The notes: a model not told the origin generated them from the sequence alone. A stretch of DNA of 64,000 bases from an uncultured Pseudomonadota bacterium (GCA_963807735.1 CAWEDI010000001.1:1-64000); one strand, 5' to 3'. Positions 18,409 through 28,271 are shown, numbered from the stretch's first letter. Program-made: numbers and translations.

Positions 18409-19506
18409 TTGGAGGAAATCTCGGAGCCGCCCACGCAGGCCTGGGTTAACGGAGCGCCAGCGAGTTACGAGGCCGCCGTGTCGGAAGCCGCGCGTTTGCT
18501 GCGCGCGGCGACGGCGCCTGTGTTCGCGCATCTGGGCGCCGACGTCGAAGGCGTACGCGAAGCAGTGCTGCTAGCGGAAGGTATCGGCGGCGTCTTGGAT
18601 CACGCCGCGTCCGGAGCGCTCCTCGCCGATCTCGACGCGATCCGCGAGACCGGCGCGATGCTTACAACGCCCCTGGAGGCGGCGACGCGCGCCGATGTCG
18701 TGCTGCTGATAGGCGGTTCGTTGCCGGAGTCTTGCCCGGATACTGGATGGCGTTGGTTCGACCGCCCCGCTCGTCCGCATGGTGGAGACGCGGCGCGACG
18801 CACGATCTGGCTGCGCGGCTTGGCGGGCGACGTTGTTGAGGTTCCTGGTGCGGAGCTGGTGGAAGCGGGCGCCGACGCCGAACTGTTGAAATTTCTGGCC
18901 AAGCTCAGAGCGTGCGCCAAGCGGAGGCGCATCGAGCCGTCGGCATCGGTTCAGGCACTCGCTGACGTCTTGCGCAATGCAAAGTTTGGCGTCGCGAGTT
19001 GGAGCGCAAGCGATCTCGATCCGCTCGCTATCGAGGCGATCCACGGTCTAGTGCGCGACCTCAACGAGACGACGCGCTTTTCAACTCTGGCGATGGCCGC
19101 TCCGGACAACGGACTCGGCGTGCAGATTGTTTGCGGATGGATGACCGGGTTTCCGCTGCGCACGGGGTTCTCGCACGGTTACCCCGAGCACGATCCTTGG
19201 CGCTTCGATTCGCGGCGGCTCCTCGCCTCTGGCGAAACGGATTGCATCATTTGGGTCTCGTCGCTCGATGGCGGCGCGTCGCCTTGCGAAGGGGTCGCTA
19301 TCGCCATCTGCGATGCGCATGTGCGATTTCCGACGGTTCCCAGAGTTCGCTTGGACGTGGGGAGGCCCGGCGTCGATCACGGCGCCGTGCTTTACGATCC
19401 GCGCGTCGGAGGGTTGGTGGCTTGCTCCGCGACGGCGCCCGCGGCGCCTAGCGTCGCCGCGACCCTCGCAGCAATTCGCGCCCAAATTGACTTCCCGCCA
19501 TGCTGA
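18409..19506 (+). CDS. fhcB: Formyltransferase/hydrolase complex subunit B (FwdB homologue)
   Basis: 365 aa. FwdB-like N-terminus and a 7-nt overlap with fhcA. The track start is TTG, so the start is uncertain. Confidence 0.85.
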   Translation: MEEISEPPTQAWVNGAPASYEAAVSEAARLLRAATAPVFAHLGADVEGVREAVLLAEGIGGVLDHAASGALLADLDAIRETGAMLTTPLEAATRADVVLLIGGSLPESCPDTGWRWFDRPARPHGGDAARRTIWLRGLAGDVVEVPGAELVEAGADAELLKFLAKLRACAKRRRIEPSASVQALADVLRNAKFGVASWSASDLDPLAIEAIHGLVRDLNETTRFSTLAMAAPDNGLGVQIVCGWMTGFPLRTGFSHGYPEHDPWRFDSRRLLASGETDCIIWVSSLDGGASPCEGVAIAICDAHVRFPTVPRVRLDVGRPGVDHGAVLYDPRVGGLVACSATAPAAPSVAATLAAIRAQIDFPPC

Positions 19507-21131
19507 CCAGGATCGCCGGCGGACGAATACTCGACCCCAGTCAGCATCGCGACGAAATAGGCGATCTTTGGCTACAAGGCGACCGAGTTGTCGCGGCCCC
19601 TGCCTCTGGTCAGGCCGGCGAGACTTTCGACGCGACGGGCCTGATCGTTATGGCGGGCGCTATCGATATTCATTCCCACATCGCCGGCGCCAACGTAAAC
19701 ACTGCCCGTTTGCTGCTGCCCGAGCAACATCGCGCGCGCGCCGCCCGTCCCGAAGCGACGCCGCTGTCCAATGCCGGCTGGTCGACATTCGAGACAGGTA
19801 AACTCTACGCCCAAATGGGATTCACCACCGTCGTCGAACCCGCCGTCTCGCCGCATCATGCGCTGCATGCGCATCTAGAACTCGCCGACACGCCGGTCAT
19901 AGACAAAGCAATCCTCGCCATCCTCGGCAACGACGACTTTGGTCTTTCGCTGATGCGCGACGGCGCCGGTCCTGACGCCATTCGTGAACACGTTGCCTGG
20001 ACGCTTCAATCGTCGAAGGCGCTTGGCCTAAAAGTTATCAACGCCGGCGGCGTTGCGGCGTTCAAGGATAATGTCAGGAGTTTCTCGTTCGACGACATCG
20101 TGCCGCACTACGGGGTGTCCAGCCGGCAGATTGTCAAAGCGCTGCAGCGGGCGGTCGCCGAACTCGGGGTGCCACATCCTCTTCACGTTCACTGCAACAA
20201 TCTCGGCCTGCCGGGGAATTACGAAACAGCGCTCGCCACTATAGAAGCAGCGGAGGATATGCCGCTACATCTCGCCCATTTGCAATTCTATGGCTACGGT
20301 CAGGAAGGCAAACTCGGCTTCTCCTCCGCCGCGCCAAAACTCGCCGAAGCCGTCAACGCGGCGAAGAACGTCACCGTCGACGTCGGCCAGGCGATGTTTG
20401 GTCAGACAGTGACGATTTCCTCAGACGTTCTGAGGCAATTTTCCGCGCGAGGTCAAGCGCGGCCGAACAAATATGTCATCATCGATGGCGATGCGAACGG
20501 CGGCGGCGTGTTGCCTTATATTTATAAGGCGGGTAGTTTCGCCAACGCGGTGCAATTCGCAGTCGGGCTCGAACTGTTTCTGCTGATCGAAGATCCGTGG
20601 CGCGTATTCTTCACCACCGATCATCCCAATGGCGCCCCGTTCACCGCTTATCCTGATCTGTTCGCGCTGCTGATGAGCCGCGACTTGCGCGCGCAATGGC
20701 TCGCTAGGTTGCCAGCGGAGGCGCTCGCCGTCACGATACTTGGTTCGTTGACCCGCGAATATAGTTGGAGTGAGATCGCCGTCATGACGCGCGCCGCGCC
20801 AGCCCGTCTGCTCGGCCTCAGGGATCGGGGCCACATTGGAGTGGGTGCGCGCGCCGACGTGGCGATCTATCGCCCCGGCCCTGATCTTGCCGAAACTTTC
20901 CGCCACGCCGCGCGCGTTTACAAGGACGGCGACTGTGTGGTGCGCGACGGCGAACTGACACATTACCGCTTCGGTCGCGCTTTACGGGTTGCGCCCGAAC
21001 CAGATTCGGCGATGCGCAAACGCATCGGCGAATATTACGATCGGCGATATGGGCTTGACGCAGATCTTCTCAGCGTTCCCGAAGCGGCTCTTCCGCGCGA
21101 GCCATTCGAGACTGTCGCATGTCTGAATTGA
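19500..21131 (+). CDS. fhcA: Formyltransferase/hydrolase complex subunit A (FwdA-type amidohydrolase)
   Basis: GAIDIHSHIAG metal-binding motif. 543 aa. Confidence 0.9.
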   Translation: MLTRIAGGRILDPSQHRDEIGDLWLQGDRVVAAPASGQAGETFDATGLIVMAGAIDIHSHIAGANVNTARLLLPEQHRARAARPEATPLSNAGWSTFETGKLYAQMGFTTVVEPAVSPHHALHAHLELADTPVIDKAILAILGNDDFGLSLMRDGAGPDAIREHVAWTLQSSKALGLKVINAGGVAAFKDNVRSFSFDDIVPHYGVSSRQIVKALQRAVAELGVPHPLHVHCNNLGLPGNYETALATIEAAEDMPLHLAHLQFYGYGQEGKLGFSSAAPKLAEAVNAAKNVTVDVGQAMFGQTVTISSDVLRQFSARGQARPNKYVIIDGDANGGGVLPYIYKAGSFANAVQFAVGLELFLLIEDPWRVFFTTDHPNGAPFTAYPDLFALLMSRDLRAQWLARLPAEALAVTILGSLTREYSWSEIAVMTRAAPARLLGLRDRGHIGVGARADVAIYRPGPDLAETFRHAARVYKDGDCVVRDGELTHYRFGRALRVAPEPDSAMRKRIGEYYDRRYGLDADLLSVPEAALPREPFETVACLN

Positions 21132-22030
21132 CGGTCAACGGCGTCGTCATCGACGACACTTTCGCGGAAGCCTTCGACATGCGCGCCACCGCGATCGTCA
21201 TCACCGCCGACAGCGCGAAGTGGGCGCTGCAGGCCGCGGCGACGATGACTGGGTTCGCGACCTCCGTGATTGCCTGCGGCTGCGAGGCGGGCATTGATCG
21301 GACACTCGCACCGGACGAAACGCCGGACGGACGGCCGGGTGTACGGGCGCTGCTGTTTGCGACTTCGACGGCGGAGTTGCAAAAGCAATTGCAGAACCGG
21401 GTCGGTCAATGCGTCCTCACCAGTCCGGGTTCGGCGTGCTACGCTGGCCTCGACGCCGGCGAGGAGAAGCTGAAGCTCGGCGCGGCGATTCGCTTTTTCG
21501 GCGACGGTTGGCAGATCGCCAAGAAGATCGGCGAACGACGCTATTGGCGCCTACCGGTTATGGATGGTGAATTCGTCTGCGAGTCGACGACCTTTATGAC
21601 CAAGCGCGCAGTCGGCGGCGGCAATCTGCTTATTATGGGCGCGACGCCGCAAACCACGCTTGCGGCGACCGAAACTGCCGCCGTTGCGATGCGCGCCGTG
21701 TCCGACGTGATCCTGCCATTCCCTGGCGGAATCGTACGCTCCGGCTCGAAAATCGGCTCCAAGTACAAAGGCGCCATCGCCTCCACCAACCATTTCTACT
21801 GCCCGACGCTGAAGGGCGCCGTCGACAGCGCGATAGGCCCCGAGATCGCTTCGGTGCTGGAAATCGTCATCGACGGACTCACCGGCGAGGCGGTCGCCGC
21901 CGCCATGCGGGCCGGACTCAAGGCGATCGCCGAACTCGGCGCCGCGCGAGGCGTCTTACGCGTGGGTGCCGGAAACTACGGCGGCAAGCTCGGCCGGCAT
22001 CACTACCGACTGAAGGAGCTGGCGCTATGA
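21119..22030 (+). CDS. fhcD: Formylmethanofuran:H4MPT formyltransferase (Ftr homologue)
   Basis: 303 aa. TFAEAFDMRATAIVITA... is typical of Ftr. Overlaps both neighbouring genes. Confidence 0.9.
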   Translation: MSELTVNGVVIDDTFAEAFDMRATAIVITADSAKWALQAAATMTGFATSVIACGCEAGIDRTLAPDETPDGRPGVRALLFATSTAELQKQLQNRVGQCVLTSPGSACYAGLDAGEEKLKLGAAIRFFGDGWQIAKKIGERRYWRLPVMDGEFVCESTTFMTKRAVGGGNLLIMGATPQTTLAATETAAVAMRAVSDVILPFPGGIVRSGSKIGSKYKGAIASTNHFYCPTLKGAVDSAIGPEIASVLEIVIDGLTGEAVAAAMRAGLKAIAELGAARGVLRVGAGNYGGKLGRHHYRLKELAL

Positions 22031-22839
22031 GCCGGCTGACTTTCAACCTGCGCAACGCCCCGGCGCAACGCGTCGATCTCTCCGTGCTCACGCCCGCGAA
22101 GCTGACAGGGAAGAGCCTTCCCGAGATCGCTGCGCTGAAGATTGGCACGACTCGCGCCCCGCTAGAGGTCGGTGACTTGTTTGATCTGAGGGACGGCGAC
22201 CGCGAAGAGATCGTATTCGAAGGGGGGGCGGAGCGTTTCGATCGCGTAGGCGGAGGGCTTGGCCAAGGATTGATCCGCGTACTCGGCGACGTTGGCGTCG
22301 AAGCCGGGCGCGGCATGACGGGCGGCGTTGTGACGATCGAAGGCGCAGCAGGGCCATTCGCGGGCTCGGGGATGCGCGGCGGCCGTCTGACGATTGGCGG
22401 CGAAGCAGGCGAGCGACTCGGCGGCCCGCTCGCGGGCGAGACGGAAGGCGTGAATGGCGGAGTGATCCACGTCCGCGGCGGTGCGGGCGCACGCGCAGGC
22501 GACCGACTGCGTCGCGGATTCATTTTGATCGAGGGAGATGCCGGCGACTACGCGGGGAGCCGCATGATCGCCGGCACCCTTGCGGTCGGCGGCCGCTCCG
22601 GCGCACTCCCCGGATATCTGATGAATCGGGGCACGATTCTGATGGTCGGCGGAACTAAGGAGATTACGCCGACCTTCGTTGATTGCGGGGTTTTCGAACT
22701 GGTCGCAGCGCAATTGCTCGCGACCTTCATCTCGACGACCAGCGTCCGCCTGGGCGCGGCGTTTCGCGGGCCGTTGCGGCGCTATGCCGGGGATATGGCT
22801 GCGCTTGGCAAAGGCGAGATTTTTCTGAGGACGGAATGA
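22027..22839 (+). CDS. fhcC: Formyltransferase/hydrolase complex subunit C (FwdC homologue)
   Basis: Gly-rich beta-helix repeats (GMTGGVVTIEGAAG, GMRGGRLTIGG). ATGA overlap with fhcD. Confidence 0.9.
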   Translation: MSRLTFNLRNAPAQRVDLSVLTPAKLTGKSLPEIAALKIGTTRAPLEVGDLFDLRDGDREEIVFEGGAERFDRVGGGLGQGLIRVLGDVGVEAGRGMTGGVVTIEGAAGPFAGSGMRGGRLTIGGEAGERLGGPLAGETEGVNGGVIHVRGGAGARAGDRLRRGFILIEGDAGDYAGSRMIAGTLAVGGRSGALPGYLMNRGTILMVGGTKEITPTFVDCGVFELVAAQLLATFISTTSVRLGAAFRGPLRRYAGDMAALGKGEIFLRTE

Positions 22840-22885
22840 GTGAAGCAATCGACGCAGCACTTTCGTCGTTGGGAGGTACGGTAAC

Positions 22886-23395
22886 TTGAAGCACGGGAAA
22901 GTTGGAGTCGTCGCGGCAGCGCTGATTGGTCTAGTCGGCTCCGTCTCTTGGACCCATGCCGAAGACGTCGACGCAGCGATCGCAGTGATCGACTTCGATT
23001 ACCTCGACACCTCCGGCGAACCCTCGGATCAGCAAGGGCAGCATACGGCGAGGTTGCAAGAATTCATGCGTTCGCTACGCGCCGATTTGGCCAATGAAGG
23101 ACGCTTCCGGGTCGTGGCGATCGCCTGCGAGCAACCGCCTTGCACCGCGGGCGGCACGCCGCCCGCCGATCTGATTGCCCGCGCCAAGCAGGCGGGTGCA
23201 AGGCTGATGCTGTTCGGCCAAGTGCACAAGATGAGCACGTTGATTGAATGGGCCAACACCGAAATCGTCGATCTGGCTGCAGACAAGCTGATCGAAAGCA
23301 AACTGTTCACGTTTCGCGGCGACACCGACGAAGCGTGGCGGCGCGCCGAACAATTTATTGTCGAGGAAACAACGAACGCCGCGCCCAAATTATGA
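22886..23395 (+). CDS. Secreted protein of unknown function (DUF3280/DUF2380-like, tentative)
   Basis: Signal peptide (VGVVAAALIGLVGSVSWTHA-ED). TTG start 10 nt after GGAGG. Lies 47 nt downstream of fhcC on the same strand. Confidence 0.6.
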   Translation: MKHGKVGVVAAALIGLVGSVSWTHAEDVDAAIAVIDFDYLDTSGEPSDQQGQHTARLQEFMRSLRADLANEGRFRVVAIACEQPPCTAGGTPPADLIARAKQAGARLMLFGQVHKMSTLIEWANTEIVDLAADKLIESKLFTFRGDTDEAWRRAEQFIVEETTNAAPKL

Positions 23396-23461
23396 CGGCC
23401 GCCTTGCTAGTGAACCTAGCAAGGTGGCTAGGTCAGAGCAAACATCACGAGGGTAGACGTC

Positions 23462-24208
23462 ATGAGCGCCACGGTCCTAAACAGCCCCGAGCCTTCAAAC
23501 GCTCCCACGGATTGGGCGCCGCTGCTGCGCTGGCTCGTGTTTACCGGCTTCACCGCCTTCGCCGGATTGTTACTGTGGCGATATGGCTTATTCCGGTTGA
23601 TGGTGCAGTCCGACCGCACTTATATCTCCTCAATCATTTGCGTGCTCTATGTCGGCGCCTCGGCCCACTGCTTCTATCGGACACTCTCGGTTTCGAAGGA
23701 GGGCGAACGCGAAAGACGCGCTGTGGCCGCCCTGGCGAGCCCGGACGCGATCTTTACTGACGGAGCGCTCCCCGAGGGCCTGACTGGCGACCATATCCGC
23801 GATCTCGCTGAGAAAGCGCGTGCGCAAGGGGCGCGCCGGCTCGATCAGACACTCCTGATGCGCGGCCTCGCCGACCGCATGCGCGGCTCCAACGGCTTTG
23901 GAAATTTCGCCGCCGATTCCCTCATGAAGCTTGGCCTACTCGGCACCATAATCGGCTTCATCATTATGTTGGCGCCCATCGCCGGGCTCGACGTCAGCGA
24001 TAAATCCGTTCTCAAATCTTCAATGGGCGTTATGAGCGACGGTATGGCGGTGGCGATGTATACGACGCTTGCAGGTCTTGTTGGTTCGATCCTGCTCAAG
24101 CTACAGTACTACATGCTCGACGGCGCGACCTCCAGTCTGTTCGCCCGCGTTGTGCGCCTCACGGAGACACGCGTAGTCCCGGCGCTGGAGCGCCGATATG
24201 ATCGATGA
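23462..24208 (+). CDS. MotA/TolQ/ExbB-family proton-channel protein
   Basis: 248 aa. Family-typical C-terminal helices (LMKLGLLGTIIGFIIML ... AVAMYTTLAGLVGSILL). Confidence 0.8.
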   Translation: MSATVLNSPEPSNAPTDWAPLLRWLVFTGFTAFAGLLLWRYGLFRLMVQSDRTYISSIICVLYVGASAHCFYRTLSVSKEGERERRAVAALASPDAIFTDGALPEGLTGDHIRDLAEKARAQGARRLDQTLLMRGLADRMRGSNGFGNFAADSLMKLGLLGTIIGFIIMLAPIAGLDVSDKSVLKSSMGVMSDGMAVAMYTTLAGLVGSILLKLQYYMLDGATSSLFARVVRLTETRVVPALERRYDR

Positions 24209-24863
24209 GTTCGGGCTCTATCCCCGTGACGAGCCGTTCGATCCGTTCAGCGTCATGCTTTTCAAGGCGCTGCAAGTCATCGCTTTTCTATTCTTCCTCG
24301 CCCTGCTCGCCGTGTCCCCCGACAACAAAGACGGCAAGATCGACTCCAAGGCCGAGTTCCTCATCACGATGGACTGGCCGGACAATCATCCTGACGACCT
24401 CGACCTCTACGTGCAAGATCCGGTCGGCAATATTGCATGGTATCGCCACCGTGAAGCCGGCTTCATGGTGCTCGACCGCGATGATCGCGGCGGCGCTAAT
24501 GACTTCATCGTGGTCAACGGCAAGAAAATCCCTTCTCCGATCCGCGAAGAGATCGTGACCATTCGCGGCCTCCTGCCAGGTGAATATACGGTCAACGTGA
24601 GCCACTTCGCCGCGACGACGGGCTTGCCCGTGCCGGCAACGGTGAAAGTGCAAAAGCTCAACCCAATGGCTCAAGTGATTTTCGACGATAAGGTCACGGT
24701 CGATCACACCGGCGATGAGAAAACCGCGGTCCGCTTCACGCTCGACGCGCAAGGCAAGGTGATCGACGTCAACCGTCGTTCAAAATCGCTGATGGAGACG
24801 TTTCGCGCCGCCAACCGCAACGGTTCGGACCTCGATCCCAAGACGATGGTCAGGATCCGATGA
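24198..24863 (+). CDS. Single-pass membrane protein with a ~170-aa extracytoplasmic domain, unknown function
   Basis: 11-nt overlap with the ExbB-like gene. TM segment FDPFSVMLFKALQVIAFLFFLALLAV. No family recognised by eye. Confidence 0.6.
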   Translation: MIDEFGLYPRDEPFDPFSVMLFKALQVIAFLFFLALLAVSPDNKDGKIDSKAEFLITMDWPDNHPDDLDLYVQDPVGNIAWYRHREAGFMVLDRDDRGGANDFIVVNGKKIPSPIREEIVTIRGLLPGEYTVNVSHFAATTGLPVPATVKVQKLNPMAQVIFDDKVTVDHTGDEKTAVRFTLDAQGKVIDVNRRSKSLMETFRAANRNGSDLDPKTMVRIR

Positions 24864-25474
24864 ACGGGCACGATCAGATCGTTCTGGCGATGGGGCTTGG
24901 CTATGCGCTGCTCGGCGTCGTGTTGCTGGCTATTCTCGTGTTTGCTCGGTTCGACTGGCGTCTAAAGGCGGCGCTCATCGTGATCGTTAGCGGCTTCTAC
25001 GCCGTCGATTTCCGCGCCGCCTACTCGTTGCTCGGCTGGGCCTCGCCCGAGGCGCTGCCGCCCAAGTTTAAGCTGCTGGGCGCGCGCATCGTCGAACCGC
25101 ATTCGCTCGCAGGCGACGCCGGCGCCATCTATCTCTGGGTAGAGGAGGTTGACGACGACAATTTCCCTTCCGGCGATCCGCGCCTGTTCCGATTGCCTTA
25201 TAGCGCGAAGCTCGCTGAGCGAGCGGAGGCGGCGGCGCGGGCGAGCGCTGAAGGGACTCCACAGGGGGGACGCACCGCCGATTTTGGCGCCGGAAGCGGC
25301 GGCGCGGCGGAGCCGACCAACCGCGAGATCACGCCCTCCTCCGTGAGCGTGACCAGCGGCGGCGATCCCATGTCGGGCGGACCCTCGGATCCACAGATGC
25401 CGCGCGACGAGGCGCACGGCGTCGTGTTTTCGCCGCTTCCGCCGCCTCGGCTGCCGCCAAAGGACGCGCCGTAG
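24860..25474 (+). CDS. Two-TM membrane protein with a Gly/Pro/Ser-rich tail, unknown function
   Basis: ATGA overlap with the preceding gene. TMs are LGYALLGVVLLAILVF and AALIVIVSGFYAV. Confidence 0.55.
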   Translation: MNGHDQIVLAMGLGYALLGVVLLAILVFARFDWRLKAALIVIVSGFYAVDFRAAYSLLGWASPEALPPKFKLLGARIVEPHSLAGDAGAIYLWVEEVDDDNFPSGDPRLFRLPYSAKLAERAEAAARASAEGTPQGGRTADFGAGSGGAAEPTNREITPSSVSVTSGGDPMSGGPSDPQMPRDEAHGVVFSPLPPPRLPPKDAP

Positions 25475-25604
25475 GCGTATCGTCACATTTTGCTTGGCGG
25501 CGGCGCGAAAAATCCTATATGGAGTAAATCGTGGCGCGTAACCGAGAGGTTGCGCGCCGCTGATGTTTTGGGCGGATAAGAAAATCGGCCCGGGAAGTCG
25601 AAAC

Positions 25605-25802
25605 ATGGCGAACGCATTCGAATTCATCCAGCAGGTGCGAGCGGAGGCCGCGCGGGTCGTATGGCCGACTCGGCGGGAGACCCTGATCACGACGGCGATG
25701 GTGGTCCTGCTGGCGATCGCCGCCTCACTGTTTCTCATGGTCGTCGACGAAGGGCTGCGTATTCTCGTCAGCCTTGTGCTTGGCTTCGGACGCCACGGAT
25801 GA
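25605..25802 (+). CDS. secE: Preprotein translocase subunit SecE
   Basis: [26 protein letters not shown] plus one TM. Start moved to the internal ATG. Confidence 0.85.
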   Translation: MANAFEFIQQVRAEAARVVWPTRRETLITTAMVVLLAIAASLFLMVVDEGLRILVSLVLGFGRHG

Positions 25803-25831
25803 GCGCGTCAGCCACATTACGAGCGGGTCCT

Positions 25832-26362
25832 ATGAGCAAGCGCTGGTATATCGTCCACGCCTATTCGAATTTCGAGAAGAAAGTCGCTGACTCCATAAAA
25901 GAAGGCGCCGCCCAGCGTGGCCTCTCCGACAAGTTCGAGGACATTCTCGTGCCGACCGAAAACGTCGTCGAGGTTCGGCGCGGTCGGAAGTTCAATTCTG
26001 AACGCAAGTTTTTTCCAGGTTACGTCCTGGTCAAATGTGAGCTGACCGATCAGGTCTATCACCTCATCAAGAATACCCCGAAGGTTACGGGCTTTCTCGG
26101 CGCCGACAACAAACCGACTCCAATTTCTGATGCCGAAGCCGACCGCATCAAGGGACAGGTCGCCGAAGGCGTCGAAAGACCGAAGGCTTCCATTCGCTTC
26201 GAGGTCGGTGAGACAGTGCGTGTCGCCGACGGACCCTTCGCCTCCTTCAACGGCGTTGTCGAGGAGGTCGACGAGGGTCGGAGCCGCGTCAAGGTCGCCG
26301 TGTCGATCTTCGGCCGCGCCACGCCAGTTGATCTCGAGTATGGTCAGGTGGAGAAAGTCTGA
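25832..26362 (+). CDS. nusG: Transcription termination/antitermination factor NusG
   Basis: [18 protein letters not shown]... and a KOW motif ([18 protein letters not shown]). The track ORF 25661 is an upstream extension. Confidence 0.95.
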   Translation: MSKRWYIVHAYSNFEKKVADSIKEGAAQRGLSDKFEDILVPTENVVEVRRGRKFNSERKFFPGYVLVKCELTDQVYHLIKNTPKVTGFLGADNKPTPISDAEADRIKGQVAEGVERPKASIRFEVGETVRVADGPFASFNGVVEEVDEGRSRVKVAVSIFGRATPVDLEYGQVEKV

Positions 26363-26368
26363 GGCGGC

Positions 26369-27262
26369 TCAGTACCGCCAACGCTGCGCCTTGGAGACCA
26401 GAAAGTCGCGGAACGCCTGCACCCGCGCGACGTTCTTCATCTCCTCGGCGTAGACGAGAAAGCAATCCATCTCCGGCATATCCGCTTGTGGCAACAGCCG
26501 CACGAGTCCGGAATTCGGCGCCACGCAATAGTCCGGCAGGACGGCGATGCCGACGCCGTGCTCTACAGCGCGTATGATGGCTCCGAGATTGTTGATGGAC
26601 AGGTGGGGCGTGCGCGAGTTTTTCGGCTCGCGCCCGATCGTCAGCAGCGAGTTCAAATCATAGAGGAAATGGGTCGCCGTCGGCGCGCCGAAGGCCACCA
26701 GCCGATGCTGGTCTAGGTCTTCGATGGTGCGCGGCTGCCCTGCCTTCTTGAGGTATTCCGCCGACGCATAGGCGTGAAAATGTACGGTAAACAAACGCCG
26801 CCGGATGAGATCAGGCTGCATCGGCTCACGAAGACGCAGCGCGACATCCGCCTCGCGCATGCCGAGGTCGAGATCGTCGTCGGACAGGAGTAGCTGCAGC
26901 TTGACCTCGGGAAAAAGGTCCGTGAACTCCCCAAGCCTCAACGCCAGCCAGTTGGAGCCCAGCGCCAGCGTCGTCGTCACGCGGAGATCACCGCTCGGCT
27001 TGTCGCGGCTGTCAATCAATCGACTCCGCACCGCTTCGAGCTTCATGGAGACGTCGTGGACAGCCTTCAGCAGGGTCTCGCCCTGCTCGGTGAGTATGAG
27101 CCCCCGCGCATGGCGGTGGAACAGCGGCGCGGAAAGATCGCTTTCTAGGGCGCTGACCTGTCGGCTGACGGCGGATTGGCTCAATCCCAGCGTCTCGCCG
27201 GCATGCGTAAACGAGCCGGCCTCAGCGGCGGCCTGAAATATTCTGAGCTTGTCCCAGTCCAT
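26369..27262 (-). CDS. LysR-family transcriptional regulator
   Basis: MDWDKLRIFQAAAEAGSFTHAGETLGLSQSAVSRQVSALE (HTH). Confidence 0.9.
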   Translation of the reverse strand: MDWDKLRIFQAAAEAGSFTHAGETLGLSQSAVSRQVSALESDLSAPLFHRHARGLILTEQGETLLKAVHDVSMKLEAVRSRLIDSRDKPSGDLRVTTTLALGSNWLALRLGEFTDLFPEVKLQLLLSDDDLDLGMREADVALRLREPMQPDLIRRRLFTVHFHAYASAEYLKKAGQPRTIEDLDQHRLVAFGAPTATHFLYDLNSLLTIGREPKNSRTPHLSINNLGAIIRAVEHGVGIAVLPDYCVAPNSGLVRLLPQADMPEMDCFLVYAEEMKNVARVQAFRDFLVSKAQRWRY

Positions 27263-27326
27263 CGCCCCGGACGCTCCCCCCATTGGTCCCAGCGATTACG
27301 CGATTATTGCGGGGGAAGAAAGGCGC

Positions 27327-28271
27327 TCAGAGACCGTTGGCCACAAGCCAGCGGTCAGCCTCCAGCGCGGCCATGCAGCCAAGCCCCGCAGCGGTGACCG
27401 CTTGCCGGTAGACGTCGTCAGCGACATCGCCCGCGGCGAACAGACCTTCGACATTGGTGGCGGTCGAGTTCGGCGCAGTGAGGACGTAGCCGTTAGGCTT
27501 CAGTTCGACCTGTCCGCGCACCAAGTCCGTCTGCGGCGCGTGGCCAATGGCGACAAACACTCCGTCGGTTGCAAGCTCCTCAATCGCGTCCGAGCGGACG
27601 TCGCGAAGCAGAACGTGCGTCACACCTTTGGGGCTCCCTCCGCCGACAATGTCTTCGACCTTTCGATTCCACTTGACCGAGACGTTCGGCCGCGCGAGCA
27701 GCCGATCGATGAGGATTCGCTCGGCGCGGAAGGAATCGCGTCGGTGAATGACAGTGACGGACGCCGCGATCCCCGCGAGATAAAGCGCCTCTTCGACCGC
27801 CGAATTGCCGCCGCCGACGACAACCACATTTTTGCCACGGAAGAAAAAACCGTCGCAGGTCGCACATGCGGACACGCCGAACCCCTTGAGCGCCTCCTCG
27901 CCGGGCAGCCCCAGCCATTTCGCCTTGGCGCCGGTGGCCAGAACGACCGAATGAGCTTCGATACGGCGACCGGAATCGCAAGTGATACGGAAAGGACGCT
28001 GCGCCAGATCGAGTCCGACGACATGTTCGTTTTCCAGGCGCGCGCCGACATGTTCGGCCTGGGCGCGAAACTGCTCCATTAGCCACGGACCCTGTACAGG
28101 ATCTGCGAAGCCCGGATAGTTTTCCACGTCGGTGGTAATCATCAACTGACCGCCCGGTTCGAACCCGGAGAGCAGCAACGGCTTCAGCATCGCACGCGCA
28201 GCATAGATTGCAGCCGTATAACCGGCAGGGCCGGCGCCGATGATGACAAGACGTTCGGGGGAATCGGGCAA
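27327..28271 (-). CDS. trxB: Thioredoxin-disulfide reductase
   Basis: VIIGAGPAGYTAAIYAARA, the redox-active CATCDG, and GGGNSAVEEA. Start set at the TTG 28271. The track ORF continues upstream into an Arg-rich extension. Confidence 0.9.
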   Translation of the reverse strand: MPDSPERLVIIGAGPAGYTAAIYAARAMLKPLLLSGFEPGGQLMITTDVENYPGFADPVQGPWLMEQFRAQAEHVGARLENEHVVGLDLAQRPFRITCDSGRRIEAHSVVLATGAKAKWLGLPGEEALKGFGVSACATCDGFFFRGKNVVVVGGGNSAVEEALYLAGIAASVTVIHRRDSFRAERILIDRLLARPNVSVKWNRKVEDIVGGGSPKGVTHVLLRDVRSDAIEELATDGVFVAIGHAPQTDLVRGQVELKPNGYVLTAPNSTATNVEGLFAAGDVADDVYRQAVTAAGLGCMAALEADRWLVANGL

